Below are positions 10,224 to 18,705 of a stretch of 64,000 nucleotides of DNA, piece after piece. Origin of the DNA: a virus (Duplodnaviria > Caudoviricetes); IMG/VR virus record IMGVR_UViG_3300011868_000001, positions 128,001 through 192,000 of that record; one strand, 5' to 3'. The translations under genes and the position numbers were made by a program. The notes under the pieces are model-generated. The model had not been told where the DNA came from. It saw only the letters and a program-made list of their open reading frames with translations, and made no database searches. Positions within the stretch are counted from its first letter, which is position 1, and every line of letters begins with the position of its first letter.

Positions 10224-10841
10224 CTATACCCGCATAATGGCATTTAAGAAGATTCGCTTAACCGATTCGCGCACCTCGGTATTGGACAGGTTCTCAAATG
10301 CCGTGTTGATAAGATGCTGGGCGTAGCAATCGAATTGCTCAAGTTCTGTCAGGTCGCTGACGTTATTCGACACCTTAGGTGGCTTGAAGCTGTTGAGCTG
10401 TGCTGTCAGGTCACGGCAGCGTTCAGCCAACAGATCGCCTTCGATATGGATCAGAAGGTCTTCGGAGTTGGCGGGTGTGGCAAAACTGATCGAGCGGTTG
10501 TCCAGGTGTTTGGCGATGGCCTCGACCATTGGGTCAATATACAGCACCAGGGTCAGGTAGAAATCATCGACTTCCACCGTCAGCTCATCGAGCTGGGGCA
10601 CCGACATGTTATCGACCGGATACCCCAGATGGGTAATCAGGACTACCAGAGGATCGGCTTTCTTACGCACATGGCGCATGGACGACAGGATGTACGCTTT
10701 AGCAAACTCAGCCGTAGCATGGGTCAGTTGCTTCATGCGCATCGGCCCTTCATCGGCCACCACATGTCCACGCGGCCATTGGGCCAGGCATCCGTCCAAA
10801 CAAGCGATCAGGTCGGATAGTGGTACTCGGATTAACTGCAC
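10224..10841 (-). CDS. Hypothetical protein
   Basis: 205 aa, GTG start with AGGAG RBS. Confidence 0.65.
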   Translation of the reverse strand: MQLIRVPLSDLIACLDGCLAQWPRGHVVADEGPMRMKQLTHATAEFAKAYILSSMRHVRKKADPLVVLITHLGYPVDNMSVPQLDELTVEVDDFYLTLVLYIDPMVEAIAKHLDNRSISFATPANSEDLLIHIEGDLLAERCRDLTAQLNSFKPPKVSNNVSDLTELEQFDCYAQHLINTAFENLSNTEVRESVKRIFLNAIMRV

Positions 10842-11188
10842 GTGCTCACTCCTATAAGTGACGGAATCTTGATGATGATAAGAACGTCTTTCGTCATCTC
10901 GATTGTCAGCACGTATCCCCTTAAATGTGAAAGGATGTGCTCATCTAGTTGGCAAAGAAAATTCAACTCATACCGCTTCTGCAATCGCTGGATTAACGCG
11001 TATTGCTTTTCCAGCGACGGGCAGTGAGGTGCTCTCGAGACCAGTGTGAGGTTAGCCTCATCGACCAGTTGCGATTCGATCACGTACTGCCATGCTAGAG
11101 GCGATAATTCGTTATCCCTATCCAGGGTATCGGTAAGAGAAGAAACGTCGAATATGAAGCCTACAGGGCCGTTAAAATCGATATTCAT
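10832..11188 (-). CDS. Hypothetical protein
   Basis: 118 aa, GGGAG RBS; first gene of the operon. Confidence 0.6.
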   Translation of the reverse strand: MNIDFNGPVGFIFDVSSLTDTLDRDNELSPLAWQYVIESQLVDEANLTLVSRAPHCPSLEKQYALIQRLQKRYELNFLCQLDEHILSHLRGYVLTIEMTKDVLIIIKIPSLIGVSTCS

Positions 11189-11256
11189 GGCTCCCCCTAC
11201 AGGATAGGGGTTAAGTGTTTCTTTTTACCTACTGATTAGCCTAAAAAATAAAGCCA

Positions 11257-11278
11257 GGAGACGGGAAATCCCGTCTCC
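11257..11278 (-). terminator. Intrinsic terminator
   Basis: GGAGACGGGA-aa-TCCCGTCTCC with a flanking A-tract. Confidence 0.7.
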
Positions 11279-11290
11279 TTATTTTGCCAG

Positions 11291-11497
11291 TTAACTGAAC
11301 GATGGATACCCATCATCACCTGCCGGGTTGACCTTATTCAGGGCCGGGCCGTGTTTATCGTAACTATAAGCCTCTTCTAAAAACTCGCCATGCCAGTGAC
11401 CATGGATACAGCGATGGCACTTATAGCCAGCACTGGTTTGAGGTGTGCTGTGAATCGAGTCAACCGATCCGCACATCTCACATTCGAAGACGTTCAT
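11291..11497 (-). CDS. Small zinc-ribbon protein
   Basis: MNVFECEMC...KCHRC.HGHWH (CxxC-x17-CxxC); AGGAG RBS; promoter motif at 11541-11563. Confidence 0.65.
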   Translation of the reverse strand: MNVFECEMCGSVDSIHSTPQTSAGYKCHRCIHGHWHGEFLEEAYSYDKHGPALNKVNPAGDDGYPSFS

Positions 11498-11567
11498 CGA
11501 TACTTCTCCTTGACTTGGGTGGTTGCTAGTCACATTGGTAATGTGTGACTAGCATTATTTGGAAGTG

Positions 11568-12173
11568 TTAGGCGGCAACCGTGGATAGTTTACGACCCTT
11601 ACGGAACATGGCCTTCATTGGTCTCTTGTCCTCGCCAAGAAGGGAAACCAACTCGATCTCGATGCCACCCCAGGCCTCATAGAAGGCCTCTTCAGAGACA
11701 CCCTCGACACTGACCCACGGGATGACTTTGACCGTCCGCTCGTTATCGAGGATATGCAGCTCACCCCGATTACGGTTACGGATGAGGATTGCCTCTTGAA
11801 AGTCAGGTACCGAGAAGGCGCCAATCGGCTCCATGGGCATAGCACCATAAGCCATCAGTTTATATTTCAGCGAGACCAGTTCGTTGTCAAGCATGTAACC
11901 CCTGCGGAAAATTTTGTCTGCCTTTCTGGAGGACTGGACGCGGTTTTCATCACCAATCTGGGCGCGCCGGCGAGTACCCAGAATACCAGGTATCACAACC
12001 TCGTCGACTCCTGCGTTGAGGTAATCAATACCGGCTTTCTTCGCAAAACGCAGTAGCTTGTCGCGGAATGCCATCTTGGCAGGGGTGCCCCAGACAAACC
12101 AGCGGCTATTCTGGTAGTTGACATTGGCGTGCAGCTGACGGCGGTAGTTCTCAATGTTCTTGGCGTAACTCAT
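11568..12173 (-). CDS. Hypothetical protein
   Basis: 201 aa with RBS. Confidence 0.65.
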   Translation of the reverse strand: MSYAKNIENYRRQLHANVNYQNSRWFVWGTPAKMAFRDKLLRFAKKAGIDYLNAGVDEVVIPGILGTRRRAQIGDENRVQSSRKADKIFRRGYMLDNELVSLKYKLMAYGAMPMEPIGAFSVPDFQEAILIRNRNRGELHILDNERTVKVIPWVSVEGVSEEAFYEAWGGIEIELVSLLGEDKRPMKAMFRKGRKLSTVAA

Positions 12174-12184
12174 GTTATTGTTCC

Positions 12185-12475
12185 TCAGGTAAACCGATTG
12201 ATGAACGATTCGTAATCTGGAGCAGTGCGAGTCATCTCCGTTACGAATCGCTTGAGCATGTGATTGTGCAGCAGTACAAGCTCGTATGTGCCTGCGGGAT
12301 GGTGCACGAGAGCAGCGGCTTTGAGGCGGTCGTCGTAATGCTGTTGGAAGACATTATAGAGCGGCCGGACATTCGGAATGGATGAATCCCGAAGGTAGGC
12401 GGATACCGGGTAGAAATCGGTATCCGCATCGCCCTCGTTAACCGCTGCCACCAGGATGTTGGATCTGGTTGACAT
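12185..12475 (-). CDS. Hypothetical protein
   Basis: 96 aa with RBS. Confidence 0.6.
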   Translation of the reverse strand: MSTRSNILVAAVNEGDADTDFYPVSAYLRDSSIPNVRPLYNVFQQHYDDRLKAAALVHHPAGTYELVLLHNHMLKRFVTEMTRTAPDYESFINRFT

Positions 12476-12484
12476 AGGGAGTCC

Positions 12485-13189
12485 TCAGATCAGGAGGTTG
12501 GTTTGCAGGCCGCCGTCCTCGGTCTTGTCGAAAGCACGCAGTTGCTCGGCGAGCTTCTCTGCTTCTGCCAGTGTCCGGGTTTCGCGGAATTCGCACTGAA
12601 GGAAACGCCAGCCCTTGTACTCTTGCTGGAACTCGGTATTTTCATGCTTACCGTATTCCAGGTTGAGGTTATTGAGCTGGGTGTCGTAATCGGCATCTTC
12701 AGAGGCGAAGATCAGCGACAAACCCGAATCCGGCTCGACCATACGGACTACGCCGATGCGCGGTGGCGCGACTTCAAAGTCAGGGCTGGTCACTTCAAGC
12801 CACCAATCCGGCACTGGTTGATCGTCGGTGAATTCATAGCGAGTCAGGTTCTCATCCATGATGATTACATCGACTGCTTCCGGCCAGAAGGTCAACAGTT
12901 CATCATTGGACTCGACGTACGCGACCACCTGCGCATACTCGCTGGTGAGTTCCATCATCCAGTACGGGTGGAAGAAAGGCCACGCGATGGGGCGGACATC
13001 CTGAATGTACTCGGGGTCGTTGAGGTAACGCTCAGGAACTGGCAGTTTGAAAGCGACCAGCATGAGACGCATGCCGGCAGGCACATCGACGTAGTGGGTC
13101 TGGCCCGTCTTCTGTTGTGGGGCCATGACATAAAGCGGATTACCGTCAACATCACGGACGATATCTTGGGGAGTGGTACGACGGCTCAT
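12485..13189 (-). CDS. Hypothetical protein with Trp/Pro-rich N-domain and degenerate GIY-YIG-like C-domain
   Basis: 234 aa, AGGAG RBS; see findings for the domain call. Confidence 0.6.
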   Translation of the reverse strand: MSRRTTPQDIVRDVDGNPLYVMAPQQKTGQTHYVDVPAGMRLMLVAFKLPVPERYLNDPEYIQDVRPIAWPFFHPYWMMELTSEYAQVVAYVESNDELLTFWPEAVDVIIMDENLTRYEFTDDQPVPDWWLEVTSPDFEVAPPRIGVVRMVEPDSGLSLIFASEDADYDTQLNNLNLEYGKHENTEFQQEYKGWRFLQCEFRETRTLAEAEKLAEQLRAFDKTEDGGLQTNLLI

Positions 13190-13240
13190 GGATGAAACTC
13201 CTTTTGATGAAATACAGGGATGGGTTACAGTAGTGACTCG

Positions 13241-13278
13241 GCATAAGGACAGCGGGATTGCTCCCGCTGTCAGTATGG
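13241..13278. terminator. Hairpin terminator after phuZ, with GCATA flank
   Basis: GCATA..GACAGCGGGA-ttgc-TCCCGCTGTC..TATGG. Confidence 0.65.
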
Positions 13279-13279
13279 T

Positions 13280-14269
13280 TTACAGAATCAGACCGGTGTC
13301 CGATACCTCGTCTTCGTCCGCTGCGAAAGTCACCGCTTGCTGACGGGTCTTGCGCTGCATTTCCATTTCCTTCTTCAGGCCTTCCAGCTCAGTGCGGATA
13401 TCGCCGAACGAGTGGTTCTCGATACCGAAGAACAGACTGGTGCCGGCCTGGGCTACCGACGGCATGAAACCATCACAGCTGTAGGGTGCGAATACGCCGG
13501 GCTGCGGATCGTCCTGGTCGCGCTTGAGGTAGGCGACCGAGATCGGGTCCTTCATCTTGGACTCGAAGCCCTTGATGGTGTCGTACACATGGATGCGCGC
13601 CAGCTGTGCCGGGACATCAGTGGACTGGTTGAAGAAGATGAAGCTCTTGATGTCGGCAGTGTCCAGGCCGTGGTTACGGCGCGAGCACAGCATCGCCAAG
13701 GAGGCGATCATCAGGTGAGCTTCTTTATCGACGGCCGAGCGCGGGACATCCGGACGGTTCATGCCGAACTGGATGACCACCGGCTTGTTGACGGCGCGAC
13801 TGATCGCATCGAGAGTCTTCATGGTGCCGATGGTGTTTTCCGCAGTCTTGATCGATTCATAAGAACCGGTGACCACGCCGACTGCCACATGACCGTCTTC
13901 GAGCAGCTGCTTGAGGATCAGCGGACCTGCTACCGAACCGGTGCCACCGGAGGCGGTGAAGATGACGATGTTCAGATCAGCTGGCTTGAACTTGCGCAGG
14001 ATGTCCGGGACCGCTTTGGCAATGGTCTTGTCATTGCTGTTGCGGATTTTGCCGGAACCGTCGAGGTCGTTGAACAGCCAGGTCTTTTCGATGAGGCGAT
14101 CATCGAGGTTCGAATCGGAGGTGTCGACACAGGCCAGTTCGAAGTTGGCGATATCGGCACTGTGGCCTTCGTGGAAGCTGAGGTACTCTTTACCGATGTT
14201 GATCCCTCCACCCCCGCACGCAAAAATTCTGATAGTGCCTACGGGACGAGTACTGAGACCGTTATTCAT
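13280..14269 (-). CDS. phuZ: Phage tubulin PhuZ (spindle protein)
   Basis: GGGGINI, DTS, GSGK and the tubulin signature SGGTGS; acidic C-tail ending GLIL. Start set at MNNG (14269) after an AAGGA RBS. Confidence 0.92.
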   Translation of the reverse strand: MNNGLSTRPVGTIRIFACGGGGINIGKEYLSFHEGHSADIANFELACVDTSDSNLDDRLIEKTWLFNDLDGSGKIRNSNDKTIAKAVPDILRKFKPADLNIVIFTASGGTGSVAGPLILKQLLEDGHVAVGVVTGSYESIKTAENTIGTMKTLDAISRAVNKPVVIQFGMNRPDVPRSAVDKEAHLMIASLAMLCSRRNHGLDTADIKSFIFFNQSTDVPAQLARIHVYDTIKGFESKMKDPISVAYLKRDQDDPQPGVFAPYSCDGFMPSVAQAGTSLFFGIENHSFGDIRTELEGLKKEMEMQRKTRQQAVTFAADEDEVSDTGLIL

Positions 14270-14332
14270 GGGAGATATTCCTTCTTTAGGTTGCTTGGGT
14301 TGTGTTGGCTTAGAACGGGCATTTACATCTGG

Positions 14333-14358
14333 ATAATGTATCATCTCAAGAATTTCGA
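14333..14358 (-). promoter_or_regulatory. Putative early promoter for phuZ
   Basis: TCGAAAT-N11-TACATTAT on the minus strand. Confidence 0.65.
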
Positions 14359-14431
14359 TTATTTTCCATTAGGGGCGGGCAGCGATGTCACGCCCATCAT
14401 GTGTACCTTCGTCTTTATCGAGGCATTTACA

Positions 14432-15256
14432 ATGGATCTTATCACAGTCGCCCTTGATAGGGTGAAGTTCGAAATCCCACCGGAGGTGTTGCGCTATACC
14501 TTCTCGCCAACCCGCTACGATCCTTCTAAGCAAGGGCTGGTGCGTGATTACAGCACGGGGGTCAGTAACGATACCGTCATTCGTCGGCAGGTCATTGAAG
14601 CCCGCGTGTTGGTGGACATCAACCTCTGTTCAGGGGTTGAGGTGTTCATTCCGCTGAACAACGTAGAATCAGAGCGTATCGACAACTGGACCTACGTCTA
14701 CCGTATCCCGAAAGAACTGACCCAAGGCCGCAGCATCACTGAAGTCTATGGTCTGAGTTACGGGCAGGGCCATACCTTAGGCGATGTTGGCGTGATCTCC
14801 GAAGACCGCTCCATGGCGCTCGAAGCGGCAGCCGGGCTGATGCAGTCGAATGTGGCATGGACTCAAGTCCAGACCTCCTACTGCACCCTGGTGGCAGACA
14901 ACACTGTCATGGTCACCAACATGAACCGCGTACCAGGCATTGCCTTCCTACGCTGCTTGGTCAGCCATGAGCCTAACCTGAGTAACATCCCGCTGGCCTA
15001 CGCCGACAAGTTCAGTGAACTGGTGATTCTGGCTACCAAGGCGCACATCTACACCCGGACGATCATCCAGCTGGATGAGGGTGCTATCCGTGGTGGTGCT
15101 TCTCTGGGTAGGATTCGTGAAGTGGTTGACTCGTACGCCGACGCCAACCAGATGTACCGTGAGTTCTTGCGGGATCAATGGCGTAAGGCAGGAATCATGG
15201 CAAACCGTGATCAGCATCGTCGCCTTATGCGCTATACTGTTGGGTCGAGACGGTGA
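14432..15256 (+). CDS. Conserved jumbo-phage protein (274 aa)
   Basis: Real start is MDLITVALDRVKFEIP with a GAGG RBS; the upstream part of the 639-aa track ORF is the antisense shadow of phuZ. Confidence 0.75.
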   Translation: MDLITVALDRVKFEIPPEVLRYTFSPTRYDPSKQGLVRDYSTGVSNDTVIRRQVIEARVLVDINLCSGVEVFIPLNNVESERIDNWTYVYRIPKELTQGRSITEVYGLSYGQGHTLGDVGVISEDRSMALEAAAGLMQSNVAWTQVQTSYCTLVADNTVMVTNMNRVPGIAFLRCLVSHEPNLSNIPLAYADKFSELVILATKAHIYTRTIIQLDEGAIRGGASLGRIREVVDSYADANQMYREFLRDQWRKAGIMANRDQHRRLMRYTVGSRR

Positions 15257-15281
15257 AAAATAACAAAAAATAAAGGGATTC

Positions 15282-15312
15282 GAGAGGAGCCGGCCGGCTC
15301 CTCTCTATGCCG
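15282..15312. terminator. Bidirectional hairpin (U-tract on minus, TATGCCG on plus)
   Basis: GAGAGGAGCCGGCCGGCTCCTCTC followed by TATGCCG; A-tract on the left. Confidence 0.7.
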
Positions 15313-15316
15313 GCAG

Positions 15317-15655
15317 TCATACCACGTCGCATTCTGTCTCCTTACCTACCACAAAGAGTCCAGCCGAGATCACCGGCAGTAGCAGACCCGCTGCCAGTAA
15401 CCAGAAATGCCCAGCATAGGCCAGCAACCCATACAGCAGTGTTATCAGTAACCAGTTGATCAGGGCCACGACATTGAAGCGAAACAGCGTATGGCGAACC
15501 GACCAACGGATCAAGCCAGCAAAGTCCTTAACGCGCATCCCGTAAAGCTTGCGCATCAGAAAATACCAACCAGTCAATAGGATCGTACCGTAGACAGCCA
15601 ATGCCACTGCCATCAAGTCAGCCCAAAAAATGAGGTCTTCCATTTTACGAATCAT
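15317..15655 (-). CDS. Small multi-pass membrane protein
   Basis: 112 aa with about three hydrophobic segments. Confidence 0.65.
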   Translation of the reverse strand: MIRKMEDLIFWADLMAVALAVYGTILLTGWYFLMRKLYGMRVKDFAGLIRWSVRHTLFRFNVVALINWLLITLLYGLLAYAGHFWLLAAGLLLPVISAGLFVVGKETECDVV

Positions 15656-15703
15656 TCCATTGAGTAAAGGCAGGGGTCAATTGACCCCTGCCGATGAGGG
15701 CCG

Positions 15704-15835
15704 TTATTCAACCGTTTTCTTGGTGATCTTCAGGCTGAACTCACCGTCTTTGCTCGACTTCTCGACAGTGTAGTTCTTCTTGAAGTAGTCGGTCAAAGCA
15801 CAACCGACTACGACACCGAGGAATACTCGCAGCAT
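15704..15835 (-). CDS. 43-aa single-TM microprotein (not in ORF track)
   Basis: MLRVFLGVVVGCALTDYFKKNYTVEKSSKDGEFSLKITKKTVE; AGGAG RBS. Confidence 0.7.
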   Translation of the reverse strand: MLRVFLGVVVGCALTDYFKKNYTVEKSSKDGEFSLKITKKTVE

Positions 15836-15840
15836 GTTAC

Positions 15841-15960
15841 TTACTCCTGTTCAGGGGTGGGGGTGGACGAAGCCTTGTCAGCTTCGCGTTGCGCCTTCTT
15901 CTTGTCCGTGTAGACAGTCAGGGCGATACCGATTACAACACCAATGAGAAAACGACCCAT
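15841..15960 (-). CDS. 39-aa single-TM microprotein (not in ORF track), similar to the adjacent 43-aa gene
   Basis: MGRFLIGVVIGIALTVYTDKKKAQREADKASSTPTPEQE; AGGAG RBS. Confidence 0.7.
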   Translation of the reverse strand: MGRFLIGVVIGIALTVYTDKKKAQREADKASSTPTPEQE

Positions 15961-15998
15961 GGTTGAAACTCCTAGGTTATATTGCAGAGAGGTGGATA

Positions 15999-16391
15999 TC
16001 AGGCAGCTTGCTTAGCCTGCAGGTATCCGATGTTTACGGTTTCGAAGATGAACGCCAACAGGGCAGTTTCCTCTGGGCTGACCTGTTTGAGGGCCTCTTC
16101 CGTTTCCAGGTAGATTGCCCGGTACTCGGCATCGTCTTCGATCTGCGGATAGATGACGCCGTCACGCAGGACACTTCCTGCCAACATGGCTTCATCGTTA
16201 TCGCGCAGGGTTTTGACCACTTCGGCCAGGACATCCAGATCCAGCAGATCGTCGTTACGATACTGCTTAGTCAGGGTAGTCATCTCTTGGGTGCGGTCCA
16301 GTACCATCTGGGAGATGGTGTAACGCTGGGTGAAGTCAACAACGCTTTGGATCAGAGCGGCTTCGATGGTGGCGATAGTGGATACGGTCAT
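15999..16391 (-). CDS. Acidic early protein
   Basis: 130 aa, AGGAG RBS, directly behind the promoter cassette. Confidence 0.7.
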   Translation of the reverse strand: MTVSTIATIEAALIQSVVDFTQRYTISQMVLDRTQEMTTLTKQYRNDDLLDLDVLAEVVKTLRDNDEAMLAGSVLRDGVIYPQIEDDAEYRAIYLETEEALKQVSPEETALLAFIFETVNIGYLQAKQAA

Positions 16392-16446
16392 GGTAGTTCT
16401 CCTAAGAACGGGGTATGGTAGAAAGATTATTCTTCCTACTCACTGG

Positions 16447-16515
16447 TACTATGTATCGTTGAAAATATTTCGAATCGAATTGACAGACAGCATAAGGGGA
16501 GGGCAGTTGCCCTCC
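16447..16515 (-). repeat. Duplicated terminator + early-promoter cassette, copy 1
   Basis: 48 bp identical to 36672-36719, plus a near-identical GGAGGGCAGYTGCCCTCC hairpin. Confidence 0.9.
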
Positions 16516-16527
16516 CCATGTATTTAC

Positions 16528-16929
16528 TCAACGATACTCGTGATCGCCTTCGTCCAACCTGGCCAAGTGCTCTTCCAGCGAGACGATACCTTCATCCGTC
16601 TGGACCTTGACCTTACCTTCCTCAACGACCAACACCGGAATCTCTTCCGAAGCATCCTCAGGTCGGCCCTTGTAGTAATACAGGCTCTGTGGGATACGGC
16701 CGGTTACGATATCGCGCTCAGGAATCAGGCCATTGTTTCCAGCATCTTGCTCCTGTGAGACCACGGCTGTATGCCCCGGCATGAACAGGACATTACGTCC
16801 CGATTCAATAAACTGACCTGCGGCCTGCATGACGTTCTCATCCCAGTCGTTGACTACCAAGCCAACCACAGGTGCCTTAGGTTCTCCGACAGGGGAGAGG
16901 ATATCTTCCAACGATGCAAAAAGGTTCAT
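16528..16929 (-). CDS. Small acidic protein, possible head component
   Basis: 133 aa with ASLE and VSLE protease-type motifs. Confidence 0.65.
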   Translation of the reverse strand: MNLFASLEDILSPVGEPKAPVVGLVVNDWDENVMQAAGQFIESGRNVLFMPGHTAVVSQEQDAGNNGLIPERDIVTGRIPQSLYYYKGRPEDASEEIPVLVVEEGKVKVQTDEGIVSLEEHLARLDEGDHEYR

Positions 16930-17049
16930 GGTTTACTTCCTCGTAACCAAATGACAATAGGGCACATGGTGGATGTACTATAGGATTCCTGTCCGACAGC
17001 ATAATAGCCAGCACTAGGCTGGTCTTTTAAAGTTTTTTCTTACAGGATT

Positions 17050-17330
17050 GTTGTTATGGTGTGATACGTTTATCTGACCCCTTATATTTAGTGAGGCTAC
17101 GCCTCACAGAGAAGCTCGTGTTGTGCGTCTCTCCTCCGGTCGTTCCTCCCTCCAGATAGCCACCCAAACACGGCAAGTCTATCCCTTCCTATCCTTTCTT
17201 CCCTCACTCCCCCAGATTAATTCCTCACTTCGTTCGTCATTAATCTTGCCCCCTCGCTCCCTTCTTTCCTTTCCTTCCCAGAGCGGTGACAAGACTCGCA
17301 TACTATACAGAGAACGGTTACAAAAAAATA
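17050..17330. other. Strand-skewed, structured non-coding region (candidate sRNA or origin)
   Basis: No credible ORF; C/T tracts on plus alternate with short hairpins; terminator-like hairpins on both sides. Confidence 0.45.
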
Positions 17331-17373
17331 AAGACAGGCTACCAGCCCCGAAGGGCGGTAGCCATTTATGCCG

Positions 17374-17808
17374 TCAGTTCATGCTGCCCAAGCGCCAATC
17401 CATCTTGTGGATCAGACGATGAACTTCTTCACCGTAATGGATCGACAGAGGGACAACCGCACTTACGTTGGCCTGTTCAAACGACAGTTCACCATGGACA
17501 TGACCACAGGCTGCATAGACCCGATAACGGATACCAGCATCAGCCAGCGCCATGTAGACATCCTCGCGCATCATCGAGATTTCATCAACGAACTGCTCGG
17601 CTGTGAGTGCGTTGAATCGTTCTTCATTGTACCCGTACAACAGACTCGATATGCTGCGGATCAAACTGCCTGCCTGACGACTTTGAGCGATGGCAATTTC
17701 TTCCGGCATGTCCTCAGGCTGTTGATACTTCGAGCACTCAGCAGCAATCGCCTTCATGGTGTTGATGCACTCGGAAGTGACTTCGATGGCGATAGGGTTA
17801 TTCATCAT
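17374..17808 (-). CDS. Hypothetical protein
   Basis: 144 aa, AGGAG RBS. Confidence 0.65.
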   Translation of the reverse strand: MMNNPIAIEVTSECINTMKAIAAECSKYQQPEDMPEEIAIAQSRQAGSLIRSISSLLYGYNEERFNALTAEQFVDEISMMREDVYMALADAGIRYRVYAACGHVHGELSFEQANVSAVVPLSIHYGEEVHRLIHKMDWRLGSMN

Positions 17809-17910
17809 GGGGACTCCTAGGGCAAAAAAAAGATCCTCACCCGGTTGGCCGTTAAACGGCTAGGGGGAACCACGACCAACTAAGGGCATGGATGAGGATC
17901 TAATAATTAC

Positions 17911-18555
17911 TTAGACGGCTTTACCGCCCAGCTGAAAGGTGATGTAGAAGGTTGCTGCTTGCGGAATCAACGACTCAGGCTTGGACTCCTCATCTTTGAG
18001 TAAGCCAAAGCCTACCTCGTTGATGATGTCGAGCGTCCGCTTGTTGCGCAGATCCTTCATAGTAATGACTTCACCGAACCCTGCACGGATTTTGGTGACG
18101 TTCAGGCCGAGGGTAAGAAGCTCGCTGGCGCGGTCAAAATAGACTTCGACCCCGAACTTTTCCATGGCATCGAACTTCTGTTCCAGCGTGCCGGTTGCAT
18201 GAGCATCTGCCAGCTCGGCATAGATCAGCTCATAGGCCGGATGAACCTTGGCTTTCTCACGCCATTCGGCCTGAGTGATGCAACCATGGCTTTCATCGAC
18301 CAGGCAGTTCAGACGACTGGTCAGGGTACCTTTCAGCTCAGGTACCGGACGGATGGTGCTTTGACCGCGAATGACGCGAACCTTACTCAAGCCCAGCTGG
18401 GCATTTTCATCTTCAATCGCCATGAGGCTCTCCAAGACACTGAGGTCAATGTCGTGAGAATTGAAGTCCATGTGACTAAGGGTGCACAGTTCGCTCGGAT
18501 CGTTGAACAGGAAGTTACTGACCGGATGGTTTTCCAGGGTAGCTACATGCGACAT
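17911..18555 (-). CDS. Hypothetical early protein
   Basis: 214 aa, AGGAG RBS, promoter motif at 18607-18632. Confidence 0.7.
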   Translation of the reverse strand: MSHVATLENHPVSNFLFNDPSELCTLSHMDFNSHDIDLSVLESLMAIEDENAQLGLSKVRVIRGQSTIRPVPELKGTLTSRLNCLVDESHGCITQAEWREKAKVHPAYELIYAELADAHATGTLEQKFDAMEKFGVEVYFDRASELLTLGLNVTKIRAGFGEVITMKDLRNKRTLDIINEVGFGLLKDEESKPESLIPQAATFYITFQLGGKAV

Positions 18556-18705
18556 TTTGACTCTCCTAAGTAAAGTCAGGTTACAGGTTGGGGTTTATTC
18601 AGCTCTATCATGTATCATTGTAATTATTTCGATTCGATAAATAACCGGGACTGTGCGTATCGCTATGATACGTACACCCCTACTGTCTCCAACAGGATAT
18701 TACTC

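Noticed and set aside
13337-14431. N-terminal 365 aa of the 639-aa plus-strand ORF
   Set aside because: Antisense to phuZ; the real gene starts at 14432.
17123-17422. 99-aa S/L/P-rich ORF in the skewed region
   Set aside because: A by-product of the pyrimidine tracts; it lacks an RBS and crosses a terminator.
17831-17901. Possible tRNA
   Set aside because: Has an AGTTGGT D-loop-like string but no TTCRA T-loop, anticodon arm or CCA end.
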